58,419 nucleotides of DNA from Candidatus Micrarchaeota archaeon (GCA_964630975.1 CAZVVY010000003.1:58379-116797); one strand, 5' to 3'. Numbered from the stretch's first letter, positions 43,628 through 52,934 are shown. A program made the numbers and translations. The notes: generated by a model not told the origin, from the letters alone.

Positions 43628-46237
43628 TTAAAGGGCTTGCTTTTTTCCGCGGGCGAACTTGGGCGAGCCGCCGCCTTTCGCCCCGCTTTCATTCAACAAC
43701 CGGGCGGCGTCGCGCTCGCTTTTCTCGGCGCAGGCGACAACCGTGAACCCGGACTCGTTCCACAAAACGCAGTCCCTTCCTTTGGCCGCGCACTCCGTCG
43801 CGATTTTTTGCAGGGTTGCCGCGTCGAACGACAACTCTTTTTTGACGACGCCTTCACCGCTTTTCGCCAATTCCCCTGCTTCCTCGCGCGCAATCACTTC
43901 CGAACATTTCTCCAGTTTTTTGCCGCGTTCCTTCCACTCGTCGAACAAGCGGCCGATTGCGTTGACGAGGTCCACCTTGCTCACGTTGAGTCGGGCGCAA
44001 GCGTCTTCGAGGATTAACTGGTTTTCGCGCACTTTTTCGAGTGCCGCGGGCCCGGCCGCGTAGCGCAGGCGCGTAACGCCGTCCTGCACTTGTTCGGCTC
44101 CCAACAATTTTATGACTCCTATTTCACTGGTGTTCGCGCGGTGCAGTCCCCCGCACGCCTCCACGTCCACTCCTTCCACGTCGACAACGCGGATTTTCCC
44201 GCCGATTGCGCCGCCTCCCTGATACAAGCGGAACCCGTACTTTTTTTCGGCTTCGCCGCGGTCCATCTCGGTTACGGTAACCGGGCGCGCCTCCAAAACG
44301 AATTGGTTCGCCTTCTCCTCTATCAACGACAATTGGTCGCGCGACGGCTTCTCGTAATGCGTCAAGTCGAGGTGCGCCTCGCCCTCCTCCTTCTTACTGC
44401 CGCACTGCCAAACGTGGGGGCCGAGGACTTCGCGCGCCGCCGCGTTAACGCAGTGGGTCGCGGTGTGGTGGCGCGTCAAAGCGTCCCTCCTCTTCTCATC
44501 GATTTTCAAGCGCACTTTCTGGCCCTTCTTGAACGTCTTGGCTAGGGGAGTGTAATGCAGTATTACGCCGCCCTTTTTTTGCGCGTCTTCTACGCGCGCG
44601 TCGTCGATGAAGCCGCGGTCCCCGCACTGGCCGCCTCCTTCCGGGTAAAAAATGGTTTTGTCCAGCGCTATTGCGTCGTCGAAGACCTGCACTATTTTAG
44701 CGTCCAACTCGGTTTTGGCGGGGCAACCATAGTAAGCGGGCTCGGTGGGTTTCGCCTTCAATTCCACCTTATCCTCCCCCTTTTTTTCCTCCATCACGTG
44801 CTTGGAAGTGATTTTGGAGTAGAACCCGGCGGGCGCCTCGGCTTCCGAGCCGCACTCCTTGGCTACGGCTTCCAACAATTCAGGGGTTACGCCGTGCGAC
44901 TCGTATAGCGTCGCCATTTGCTTCTCTGAAATGCTTCCGTTCTTGACGGCCGAAGAACACTTTTGGCGCGCCTTCTTCAAGCTTTCCCCGTACTTTTTTT
45001 CTTCGTTTTCGAGTATGGGGTGAATCCAATCCAACGCCTCTTCAAGTTCGGGCCACAACGGCTTCAAGTCGCGCGCGTGCATCTCGAAGAGCTTCACGTA
45101 ATCGTCGGCCAGCGAGTAGCGCTGGTTGAATGCGAGTGCGCGCCTGAACAAAACGCGGAGGTTGTAACCGCCCGCCGTGTTCGAGGGCAGGCCGCCGTCC
45201 GCCAACGCGAACAACAGCGAGCGCGCGTGGTCGGCTACGGCGTAAACGGCTTGAAGAGGCGCGATTTCTTGCTCCATTTCCTTTAAAGAAATGCCGAGCA
45301 TTCCCGCAATCCTTTTCTTCTCTTCCTTGAACGGCTTTTCGCCGTCCACGTCAAGCGACGAACTGATGCGGTTGTATTTGCGCGTCAAATCCGTGTCTTG
45401 AATGCCGGCGTGCTTCTTTAGGTATGCGACTTCGCGGGGAAAGGAAGCCTCGTAAATGGTTTGGTCTCCGCGGTAATACCAGAGCAAGCGCTCGAATCCC
45501 CAGCCCACGTCTATTACGCGGAGCGGCAGTTCCTTTCGGCCGCCATCCCAATAATATTGCATGAAAACGCTGTTTACCAACTCACTGCCTTTGGCGAACG
45601 ACTCGATGCACGGGCCGAACGCGGAAAAGTCGGGGAGCGCCCAAACGTCTTCGCCGTAAGTCAACTCCTCTTTTTTTATGCCGAGCACTTTCGTCAAAAA
45701 CCCGTAGTTGAGTTCGATGCATTCGTCGCGCCAGTAACCTTCTTCGCCGAAGGCGTGCTGGCCCGCCATCATGAAGCCGCTCAAGTGCCTGCCCGTAACC
45801 CCTATGTTGGCTATGTCGGGGAAGCGGAGGCAGGGTTGGGGGACGACGAGCGGGTTGGACGGGTACTCGAAGACGACGCGCCCGTTTTCAAGGCGCTGGA
45901 AGTCGACTATGCTGGCAATAGTGTAATACAAGTCGTTGCGCCAGCGCGAAATCACGGGGTAGCGCGGCACTACGTCGTGGCCGTTCTTGGAAAAAAACGA
46001 GGAGAACTTCTTCCAGAAAGAGGCGTACGACTCGTCGCGCGGCTTGTCCCTGAAAAACGAGTATTCCTCGTGTTCGGAGTCGCCGCACGAATGCGTTTCC
46101 GAAGCCGACCAAAAACCCTTCCCGCACTTTTCGCAGACGCGGTGCTCGAATCCCTCTCGCTCGAACAAGGGCACTTCATAGTGTTCGGCGTAATCCTTTG
46201 CAAACTTTTTTCGCAGGAGCGCCTTGGAAACTTCCAT
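43628..46237 (-). CDS. alaS: Alanyl-tRNA synthetase, archaeal type
   Basis: HDVVPRYPV..RWR.D.Y.TIASI.DFQ, ID.GWGFER, editing motifs HHTATH and CGG.H, C-terminal GGG. Start reassigned to ATG 46237. Confidence 0.97.
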   Translation of the reverse strand: MEVSKALLRKKFAKDYAEHYEVPLFEREGFEHRVCEKCGKGFWSASETHSCGDSEHEEYSFFRDKPRDESYASFWKKFSSFFSKNGHDVVPRYPVISRWRNDLYYTIASIVDFQRLENGRVVFEYPSNPLVVPQPCLRFPDIANIGVTGRHLSGFMMAGQHAFGEEGYWRDECIELNYGFLTKVLGIKKEELTYGEDVWALPDFSAFGPCIESFAKGSELVNSVFMQYYWDGGRKELPLRVIDVGWGFERLLWYYRGDQTIYEASFPREVAYLKKHAGIQDTDLTRKYNRISSSLDVDGEKPFKEEKKRIAGMLGISLKEMEQEIAPLQAVYAVADHARSLLFALADGGLPSNTAGGYNLRVLFRRALAFNQRYSLADDYVKLFEMHARDLKPLWPELEEALDWIHPILENEEKKYGESLKKARQKCSSAVKNGSISEKQMATLYESHGVTPELLEAVAKECGSEAEAPAGFYSKITSKHVMEEKKGEDKVELKAKPTEPAYYGCPAKTELDAKIVQVFDDAIALDKTIFYPEGGGQCGDRGFIDDARVEDAQKKGGVILHYTPLAKTFKKGQKVRLKIDEKRRDALTRHHTATHCVNAAAREVLGPHVWQCGSKKEEGEAHLDLTHYEKPSRDQLSLIEEKANQFVLEARPVTVTEMDRGEAEKKYGFRLYQGGGAIGGKIRVVDVEGVDVEACGGLHRANTSEIGVIKLLGAEQVQDGVTRLRYAAGPAALEKVRENQLILEDACARLNVSKVDLVNAIGRLFDEWKERGKKLEKCSEVIAREEAGELAKSGEGVVKKELSFDAATLQKIATECAAKGRDCVLWNESGFTVVACAEKSERDAARLLNESGAKGGGSPKFARGKKQAL

Positions 46238-46272
46238 AAAACAATTCACGCTTTGCGCGGTTTTAACTTGAA

Positions 46273-46561
46273 CGGGCGGGCGGGTCGTAGTCCACCTTTT
46301 GTTGTCCACGGCATTGGACTGAGCGGCTCAAAGGCCTTGCACTCCATCGCCGGGCGCGAAGCCGTTTCAGCCCCGGAAACCCGGAACGTCCCCCTCAACG
46401 GGTTCACCCTGTTTTACGGGAAGGGTATCGTTTCTGCTCCCCGCGCCTGCGCCCTAAACGCTTTCACTCGCGTGAACGGCTCAAACGGAGTGGGTGGAAC
46501 TTCCCCATCGCCCCCGCGTTTGACCGCGAAGGCAACGACGGCCGTGCACCCGCGCCGCCCG
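46273..46561 (-). ncRNA. rnpB: RNase P RNA
   Basis: P4 pseudoknot halves GGAAGT(T)CCACC and AAAAGGTGGACT with bulged U; P1 CGGGCGG-GCGGGT/ACCCGC-CCGCCCG; P2 CACGGC/GCCGTG; internal AGAAAC, TGAAACGG and GTGCAAG motifs. Confidence 0.88.
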
Positions 46562-46613
46562 AAAAGAATAGTGCGGGAACTGGTTTAAAACGAATGCGAA
46601 TCAAAGAATTCGT

Positions 46614-48047
46614 ATGGAAGAAGAAAAAACCGCCGAACTCCCCGCGCCGGGAGGGTGGACCACCTTCGACGCGGAAGCCCTGGAAATACAGGCCGGTCCC
46701 TTCTTCAACGCATTAATCTCTGAATCGGGGAAAGGCGGAAAAAACTGGGAGCCCTCCGTCGTATCCGAAAACCTCGCGGCACTACTCGAAAAAAGCAAAA
46801 AATTCGGCCAAGGCAATGAAAGGATGGGTGCCGAATTCAACTTGTTTTACGATGAAAGCGTGGAAGCATTACTCAACGAATACGCGAAAAAACTTTCTTC
46901 AACCGCCCAATTCAAGGGGGGAAAGCTTTCCTTGGAAGCAACCGAAAGCGAGCGCGAAAAGAAGGCGCTGGAATTTCTGACCCGGGAAAAAAGCAAGTTA
47001 AACACGTTATTGTACGAATCGCTAATCCACCTTTTAAACAAGAGGAACACGGGGAAAAAAACCCGGGAAATGGCTCGGGCCGTTCTTTCCTCGCGCTACC
47101 CCGAGGAATCCGGGCGGCTACTGGAAAAATACAGGCAAGACCGCAGGATAGAAAAATCGGACATAAGGGAATTCAAGGACGCCCTCGCCAAGAGAATGCA
47201 GCAAGAGGCAATCGGCTCCGAAGAACAGCGCGCGATGCTTAGGGAAGCCCACGCAAAAGGGGTGCGCGACGAGAGAAAACGCTTGCTAACCGAGTGGCTG
47301 CGGATAACCGCCGAAAAGAGGAAGGCGCTGGCCGAAAAAATCGGGGAAGAGCCCGGCACCGAGGAAGGGATGAGGCTGCTCGGCGAAAAAATGTCGGCCA
47401 TCGCCGGCAGGATAAAGCGGCTCGAAGAAGAATCGAGGAGGGACGAAGGAAAACGCATAACCGAAATGCGGCCGCGGGTAAACACTTACCTCGGCTTGCT
47501 GCATTTGATGGACGGAATCAAGGGTTTGGGAAAAAAGGAGGTCGCAAGGGCACGCAGGGAAAGCGGCTTGCGCGAGTTGAAGAACCGGCACTTGTTCAAC
47601 GAATGGCTCTCCGAAACTCGCCGCACCGCCTCAAAACCCGACAACAAGGCGTTGTTCGCGGGCTGGCTAAAAAAAGCCCGGGAAGAAGCGGAAACTCTTG
47701 AACCTTCACCGAGCCAAAAAATCAAGGGCATCGAAAAAAGCGGCGGCGGGCACTGGCTGAAAGAAGCCGCAAAAGTATTCGGCCGGTTGGCCGGCCACGA
47801 AGGCCCCGTACACGAAGACGTTCGGAACGCGGCACACGGCTTGCTGGCCCGCGTTGCAACCGAGGCATATTCCAACGAAAACGAGAAGGCAAGAAGCGTC
47901 TTCGAAAAATTCATTGAAAGCGGGTTCGCCGAAAAACACGGCTCTCTCAACGAGGTAAGGAACTTGTTGAGGAAAAAAGGAGAGCGGCGTGCGCGCGCAA
48001 AACTCGACTTGTTGCACTTGTCAAAAAATTTCGGTAAAAGAAAATAA
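46614..48047 (+). CDS. Hypothetical K/E/R-rich helical protein
   Basis: Long ORF, charged coiled-coil-like composition, no motif recognised. Confidence 0.65.
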   Translation: MEEEKTAELPAPGGWTTFDAEALEIQAGPFFNALISESGKGGKNWEPSVVSENLAALLEKSKKFGQGNERMGAEFNLFYDESVEALLNEYAKKLSSTAQFKGGKLSLEATESEREKKALEFLTREKSKLNTLLYESLIHLLNKRNTGKKTREMARAVLSSRYPEESGRLLEKYRQDRRIEKSDIREFKDALAKRMQQEAIGSEEQRAMLREAHAKGVRDERKRLLTEWLRITAEKRKALAEKIGEEPGTEEGMRLLGEKMSAIAGRIKRLEEESRRDEGKRITEMRPRVNTYLGLLHLMDGIKGLGKKEVARARRESGLRELKNRHLFNEWLSETRRTASKPDNKALFAGWLKKAREEAETLEPSPSQKIKGIEKSGGGHWLKEAAKVFGRLAGHEGPVHEDVRNAAHGLLARVATEAYSNENEKARSVFEKFIESGFAEKHGSLNEVRNLLRKKGERRARAKLDLLHLSKNFGKRK

Positions 48048-48101
48048 AAAAAAGGGAGCGACCAAGACCGCAATGAAAACTATTCCGCGCTAGAAAAAAA
48101 A

Positions 48102-48341
48102 TTATTTCTTCTTGCACGACTTCTTCTTGGTTTTTTTCTTAGCCGCCTTCTTGGCGGGCTTCTTCTTTACCGCCTTCTTCTTAACGGCCTTTTTCTTGGT
48201 CGCTTTTTTCTTGGTCGTCTTTTTCTTTACGGCTTTCTTCTTGGTCGCCTTCTTCTTAACCGGCTTTTTCTTCACGGCCTTTTTCTTAGCGGCTCTTTTC
48301 TTGGAAGCCGTCCTTTTCTTGGTTTTTTTCTTTGCAGGCAT
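48102..48341 (-). CDS. Histone H1-like lysine-rich protein (79 aa) built of KKKxx pentapeptides
   Basis: GGTGA RBS before ATG 48341; KKKAV/KKKPV/KKKAT/KKKTT repeats with synonymous variation. Confidence 0.8.
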   Translation of the reverse strand: MPAKKKTKKRTASKKRAAKKKAVKKKPVKKKATKKKAVKKKTTKKKATKKKAVKKKAVKKKPAKKAAKKKTKKKSCKKK

Positions 48342-48418
48342 TTCCTTTTTCACCTTGACGACGCGCCTTTCAAAAGCACGAAGTCAACAACATTAAACGG
48401 GGTTCGTTTAAAACTATT

Positions 48419-49099
48419 ATGAATTCCTTGAAAGAGGTTTTTTACTCGGCGCTCGGCAGATACGAAAAAAATTTTTTCGTTGACGCGGAGTACGCTAAGT
48501 ATTCTTCGCTGAAGGCAACAGCGAAAATAGAGGGAGGCACATTGAAGGTGCGCGTCAGCGACGGGTTTCAAGCCGCTTCGCGCGAGGAGTTGTACGGCCT
48601 CGCCCTCCACTTGTGCGGCTCTTTGTTCAACCGCAAGCCGCCGCGCGAAGCCGAATCCTACCTTCGCTTCATTTCCTCGAAGCGCGCCGCCGAACTAAAC
48701 CACTCGCTTACGAGGCGCAGCGGCAGGAAAAAAGCGAACAAGGTAGTCGGAAAAAACTATGACTTGTCGAAAGTAGTGGAAAGATTGTTGAAGGATTACC
48801 GCGAAGTCTTCGAAGGAGTGAAAATCCCGGAGTTCACTTGGTCTTCGCGACGGGGCAGGCGCGTGCTCGGATGGCACGATGACGCGTGGAACCGCGTAAC
48901 CGTCAACAAGGCGTTAGACTCCAAGCGCGTCCCCCCGCACGTACTCGATTACGTGGTGTACCACGAAATGCTTCACGCCAAGCACGAAGTAAAGTACGGC
49001 GCAAAAAGGCGCACGATTCACACGCGCGCATTCAAGGAAGACGAAAAAAAATTCTTTTTGTTGAAGGAAGCCGAGGAATGGATTCAAACCAAATGGTAG
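48419..49099 (+). CDS. YgjP/DUF45-like (SprT/M48-like) metallopeptidase domain protein
   Basis: W......LG...I.VN..LD...VP..V.DYVVYHEMLH...H...F. Confidence 0.8.
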   Translation: MNSLKEVFYSALGRYEKNFFVDAEYAKYSSLKATAKIEGGTLKVRVSDGFQAASREELYGLALHLCGSLFNRKPPREAESYLRFISSKRAAELNHSLTRRSGRKKANKVVGKNYDLSKVVERLLKDYREVFEGVKIPEFTWSSRRGRRVLGWHDDAWNRVTVNKALDSKRVPPHVLDYVVYHEMLHAKHEVKYGAKRRTIHTRAFKEDEKKFFLLKEAEEWIQTKW

Positions 49100-49144
49100 G
49101 GCGCGCGGGCGCCGTGTTTTCGTCGCCATCAACCAATCAAACGC

Positions 49145-49474
49145 CTACTTGTGCGTCCAGTAAAAGTAAAACAACACGGCTTCAAGAACCGCGAAAATGG
49201 TTAAGTCGAACACGTTCGTGAACGTCAACAACAAACCGAGAGCCGTGCCCGCCATGAAGAACGTGAGCGCATCCATTCCAAGTATTTCGCGCCCGCCGCC
49301 ACCGCGCGAGTAAACCGGTGGGGGAGTCGGGGCGCCACCCTTGCTGATGGGGGTGACTTTCCCGGTTTGCGGGTCTACTTTCACGGCGAAGCCGCACTTC
49401 GGGCAGTAAACTACGCTGTTCGCCTCGTCCACTTCCAAGTGAGGGTTCCCGCACTGCGGGCAGGCAATATCCAT
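49145..49474 (-). CDS. Small zinc-ribbon protein with C-terminal membrane anchor
   Basis: CPQCG...CPKCG, Pro/Gly linker, two TM helices. Confidence 0.75.
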   Translation of the reverse strand: MDIACPQCGNPHLEVDEANSVVYCPKCGFAVKVDPQTGKVTPISKGGAPTPPPVYSRGGGGREILGMDALTFFMAGTALGLLLTFTNVFDLTIFAVLEAVLFYFYWTHK

Positions 49475-49525
49475 GAAAAAAGTTACGCGCGCTTTTTTTA
49501 AAAGGGTTGACTACCTGAAACACTC

Positions 49526-50521
49526 GTGGAAGCCTTGTTCTGGGACGGAAAGCAATGTTCTCTTTGCGGGCACTACTGCAAAATCCCGGAAGGCCGAACG
49601 GGTGCCTGCGGAGGCCGCCTCAACACCAAAGGAAAACTGGAATTGTTAACTTACGGCCGCGCCGCCGGGTTCGCGGTCGACCCGATAGAAAAAAAGCCGT
49701 TTTACCACTTCAAGCCCGGAACGAAATGCCTGTCCTTCGGCACGCCGGGATGCAACTTCCGGTGCAGGGGATGCCAGAACGCGGGTTTGAGCCAGGGCGC
49801 CAAAGGCGCGCCCGCAACCTATGAATCCATTGAATTCACTCCCCCGAAAAAAGTCGCGGAAATTTCGGGCAATGCCGACGGAGCCGCGTACACTTACAGC
49901 GAGCCCACAGTGTTCTTCGAGTACGCGCGCGACTGCATACTCGAAACGCGGAAGCGCTTCCCCGAAAAATACCACGCCTTCGTTTCCAACGGCTACTTCT
50001 CAAAGGAGTGCTGGCAACTAATCGAGGAAGAGGGCTTGTTGGACGCGATCCGAATCGACTTGAAGTCGTTCAACGACGGGTTCTACCGGGAATACTGCGG
50101 GGCGCGCCTCGGGCCCGTCCTCGACAACTTGAAGCGCGTCGCAAAAAGCGGCGTTCACCTCGAAGTAATCAACTTAATCGTTCCCGGGCAAAACGATTCG
50201 CGTGAAGAATTGGAAAGGGTTTCCCGTTTCGTTGCCGGCCTTCGAAACGGCGCCGTGCCCCTGCACTTTTCCCGGTTTTACCCGTTGCACGAGGCCTCCG
50301 GCTTCAAGGAAACGCCCGCCGAAAAAATATGGGAGGCAAAGCGAATCGCGCGCGGGCAAGGCGTCAAATTCGCTTACGCCGGAAACCTGGGCGGCGAGGA
50401 AAGCACGTTTTGCCCCGAGTGCGGAGCGGAATGCATAAAGCGCGCGGGCTTCGAAGCGCGCTCCCTCCTCGAAAAAGGGAAGTGCCCGAAGTGCGGGTTC
50501 AAACTCCCCGTAGTGGTATAA
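49526..50521 (+). CDS. amrS: AmmeMemoRadiSam system radical SAM enzyme
   Basis: C.LC.H.C, DPIEKKP.YHF.PG, GCNFRCRGCQN (CxxxCxxC), YTYSEP, PLHFSRFYP, Y.GNL. Confidence 0.92.
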   Translation: MEALFWDGKQCSLCGHYCKIPEGRTGACGGRLNTKGKLELLTYGRAAGFAVDPIEKKPFYHFKPGTKCLSFGTPGCNFRCRGCQNAGLSQGAKGAPATYESIEFTPPKKVAEISGNADGAAYTYSEPTVFFEYARDCILETRKRFPEKYHAFVSNGYFSKECWQLIEEEGLLDAIRIDLKSFNDGFYREYCGARLGPVLDNLKRVAKSGVHLEVINLIVPGQNDSREELERVSRFVAGLRNGAVPLHFSRFYPLHEASGFKETPAEKIWEAKRIARGQGVKFAYAGNLGGEESTFCPECGAECIKRAGFEARSLLEKGKCPKCGFKLPVVV

Positions 50522-50553
50522 GTTTTTATTCGCCTCACCGCTAACAATGGGTT

Positions 50554-51174
50554 ATGCCTTTCCTTGGATTATTCAACTGGCTCAAAAGGTTTTTCGGAAG
50601 CAAGAAAAAGTTCAGCCTCGGCATTTACGGGAACGTTAACACGGGTAAGAGCACGCTCGCCAACCGCATTTCAATGGATTGGACGGGCGAGGAAATGAGC
50701 AACGTGTCCGAAGTGCCCCACGAAACCCGCGAAGTAATCAAGAAGGAGCGCGTCACCCTGAAGTCAAACGGCAAAAACGTTTCGATTAACCTGCTCGACA
50801 TGCCCGGCATTACCACTAAAGTGGACTACCGCGAGTTCACCTCGAAGGGAATCAAGTCCAAAGCCGCGCACAAGCGCGCCAAGGAAGCGACCAAGGGAAT
50901 CATCGAAGCCATTAAGTGGCTGGAACACGTGGACGCCGCCCTCGTGGTTATGGACGCCTGCGAAGACCCTTACACGCAAGTCAACATAACCATTCTCGGC
51001 AATTTGGAAGCGCGAAAGATTCCCGTCATAATAGTCGCGAACAAGACCGACAAAAAGAAGGCGAAACCCGAAAAAGTGAAGGCCGCCTTCCCGCAACACA
51101 AGGTCATTCCCATCTCGGCCTTGAAGGGAGAAAACTTGAACGAGTTATACGAGGAAATAGTGAAGCACGCTTGA
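50554..51174 (+). CDS. oapA: Era-like small GTPase (OapA/ArvA family)
   Basis: G1 GNVNTGKST, VPHETR, G3 DMPG, G4 NKTD, ISAL.G; family motif AKEAT.G.IEAIKWL...DPYTQVN. Confidence 0.88.
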   Translation: MPFLGLFNWLKRFFGSKKKFSLGIYGNVNTGKSTLANRISMDWTGEEMSNVSEVPHETREVIKKERVTLKSNGKNVSINLLDMPGITTKVDYREFTSKGIKSKAAHKRAKEATKGIIEAIKWLEHVDAALVVMDACEDPYTQVNITILGNLEARKIPVIIVANKTDKKKAKPEKVKAAFPQHKVIPISALKGENLNELYEEIVKHA

Positions 51175-51184
51175 GGTATCGGAA

Positions 51185-51541
51185 ATGGTTAACATAGAAT
51201 TCTTGTCCGCCGAGTCCTTGTCCAGAATGGACTCCAAAAAAAAGTTGTCGACCATAATCGCCGCCGTCAAGAAAAAAAAGATAATCGTGCTCGAAGAAGG
51301 GCTGTCGCGCCAGGAAGAACGCGAGTTGTTCACGCGAACCATGAAGGAAATAAGCAAGACGCGGGGCTTCACGGGAATAGAAATCGTTTCAATGGGCGAA
51401 CAACTCGACGACTTGCGTGCCTCCGTGGTCCGCCTCCTCGGCGGCAAAACCAAGGGATTCACAATCGTGGGCCCCGAAAAACTCGTGAAGGAAGTGAAGC
51501 GCGACCCCGAAAAAATAGGGTTCGCCACGTCGGGTAAGTGA
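51185..51541 (+). CDS. oapB: DUF2073-family protein (OapB/ArvB)
   Basis: IIVLEEGL...EE..L...TM..I....F.GIEI, T.VGP; position between the GTPase and the Zn-ribbon gene. Confidence 0.85.
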   Translation: MVNIEFLSAESLSRMDSKKKLSTIIAAVKKKKIIVLEEGLSRQEERELFTRTMKEISKTRGFTGIEIVSMGEQLDDLRASVVRLLGGKTKGFTIVGPEKLVKEVKRDPEKIGFATSGK

Positions 51542-51876
51542 AAATGCCGCACAAATGCGTGAGATGCGGGAAAACGTATGACAACAACTCACCCGAATTG
51601 TTGAAGGGTTGTTCGTGCGGTTCCCGCGTATTCGTTTACCTGCGCCCCGGTCAAAAGCAAGAAAAAGACGTTTCGTGGCTCGAAAAAGAGTTCGACGAAC
51701 TCGCCGAAGAAAAGCCGGTGGTAATAGACGAGGACGCCGTGGAAAACATTCGCGTGGTCGGCAAGGGCTCGTACGAGTTGAATATTTCGGCGTTGATGCG
51801 CGGCGAGCGCCTCGTCGTAAAAAGCGACAAGGACGTTTATTACATTAAGTTACCGGGTAACGAAGTAACCGAATAA
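51538..51876 (+). CDS. oapC: Zn-ribbon protein (OapC/ArvC, DUF2072-like)
   Basis: MPHKCVRCG...LLKGC.CGSRVF.Y; ENIRV...GSYELN. Confidence 0.85.
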   Translation: MKMPHKCVRCGKTYDNNSPELLKGCSCGSRVFVYLRPGQKQEKDVSWLEKEFDELAEEKPVVIDEDAVENIRVVGKGSYELNISALMRGERLVVKSDKDVYYIKLPGNEVTE

Positions 51877-51983
51877 CCCATGAAAGGAAAACGCTTGCGG
51901 GTCGAAGCAAAAAGCGGAGACGCGCAAGCGTTTTGGTTTCGTCGTATTACATTAAGTTACCGGGTAACGAAGTAACCGAATAA
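51838..51983. repeat. Exact 39-bp direct repeat of the oapC 3' end (51838-51876 = 51945-51983) around a 68-bp spacer with a 12-bp inverted repeat
   Basis: tattacattaagttaccgggtaacgaagtaaccgaataa occurs twice; aaaacgcttgcg (51888-51899) pairs with cgcaagcgtttt (51923-51934). Confidence 0.95.
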
Positions 51984-51987
51984 AAAA

Positions 51988-52503
51988 CTAGTTTTTGCGG
52001 CGGCCCTTTTTCCCCTTCAAGTAACCCTTGATGTGGTGCTTCTCCTTGTTCTTGGGCACCTTGAATGAGAAAGCCGTGTTCACGGTACGCTCGCCGAAGC
52101 CGCGGGCGCGAATCAAGTCTTGTTCACTTAATTCACCGAATCCAGCAAACGACAACAAGCCGCCAAGGCGAAGGTCGAGCGTGGAAACAACGGGCGCCCC
52201 CTTGCTTGAAAGATTTTCAACCAACTCGGTCAACGCCTTCTTGTTTGCGCCAACCGAAAACACGGCAACCTTTTTTCCATTCCAATCGTTGGATTCCACG
52301 AATTCCTCCTGCGACGGGGCGCCCAAATGAGACGCGCACCCCAGGAAAACGAAGTCGAACGAGTCCGCACCCGTTTCCGGGCTCGCCTCGGCTAAAACGG
52401 GTTTTGTGGGAGTGCGGTCCGCGCCTTCAAGCACGGCTTTTGCCGCTTTTTCAAGGCCTGCGCTGCCTGCCGGGTAAACTATGAGAGTGCGGGTTTTTTT
52501 CAC
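51988..52503 (-). CDS. Flavodoxin-fold protein with a degenerate FMN-binding loop
   Basis: IVY......K.A..V, D.VFLG, GKKVAVFS; the usual S.TG.T is replaced by PAGSAG. Confidence 0.65.
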   Translation of the reverse strand: MKKTRTLIVYPAGSAGLEKAAKAVLEGADRTPTKPVLAEASPETGADSFDFVFLGCASHLGAPSQEEFVESNDWNGKKVAVFSVGANKKALTELVENLSSKGAPVVSTLDLRLGGLLSFAGFGELSEQDLIRARGFGERTVNTAFSFKVPKNKEKHHIKGYLKGKKGRRKN

Positions 52504-52535
52504 GCTTAAAAAAAGGGTTTCCTCTTAAAAAAGGA

Positions 52536-52934
52536 TTAAGTAGTAACGAAGCCCGTGTCCGCGTGCGACAAAAGCGTTGAATTATCGTAATAGCTTATCG
52601 TGAACTCTAGTTGGTTGGAGCCGGCCGAAGAAGCGCTGACGCGGCAGGTTTGCGGCTGGGTCACGTCGAGGTTTACGTCGCCGCTGTCGCACGAGACGTA
52701 CACCGTCCTACCCACCTTGTTTCCAAGCGAAAGGGTTACGCCGTCGCCCGTGGAATTCACTTCGTAGTCGATGCACGAGAACGCGCTCATCCCACCGCAT
52801 TGGCGGCTTTCCGTCCACTTGGACGGGTTGAAAATGCCGAAGTACCACAAGGTCGCCGCAATGATGACGATGGCCAATATTGCCCAGCCATAAGTAACCA
52901 AGTACTCCAACGCGCTTTGTCCTTTCCTCTTCAT
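52536..52934 (-). CDS. Archaeal type IV pilin-like protein (class III signal peptide)
   Basis: MKRKG|QSALEYLVTYGWAILAIVII: basic leader, Q+1, E+5, hydrophobic helix; Cys pairs in the head domain. Confidence 0.88.
   Translation of the reverse strand: MKRKGQSALEYLVTYGWAILAIVIIAATLWYFGIFNPSKWTESRQCGGMSAFSCIDYEVNSTGDGVTLSLGNKVGRTVYVSCDSGDVNLDVTQPQTCRVSASSAGSNQLEFTISYYDNSTLLSHADTGFVTT

Noticed and set aside
48112-48396. Phe/Ala-rich ORF on the + strand
   Set aside because: Antisense shadow of the Lys-rich repeat gene (AAG/AAA read as CTT/TTT).
51838-51990. Replication origin (ORB elements) next to oapABC
   Set aside because: No GTTCCAGTGGAAAC-like box with G-string, no AT-rich unwinding element and no adjacent cdc6.
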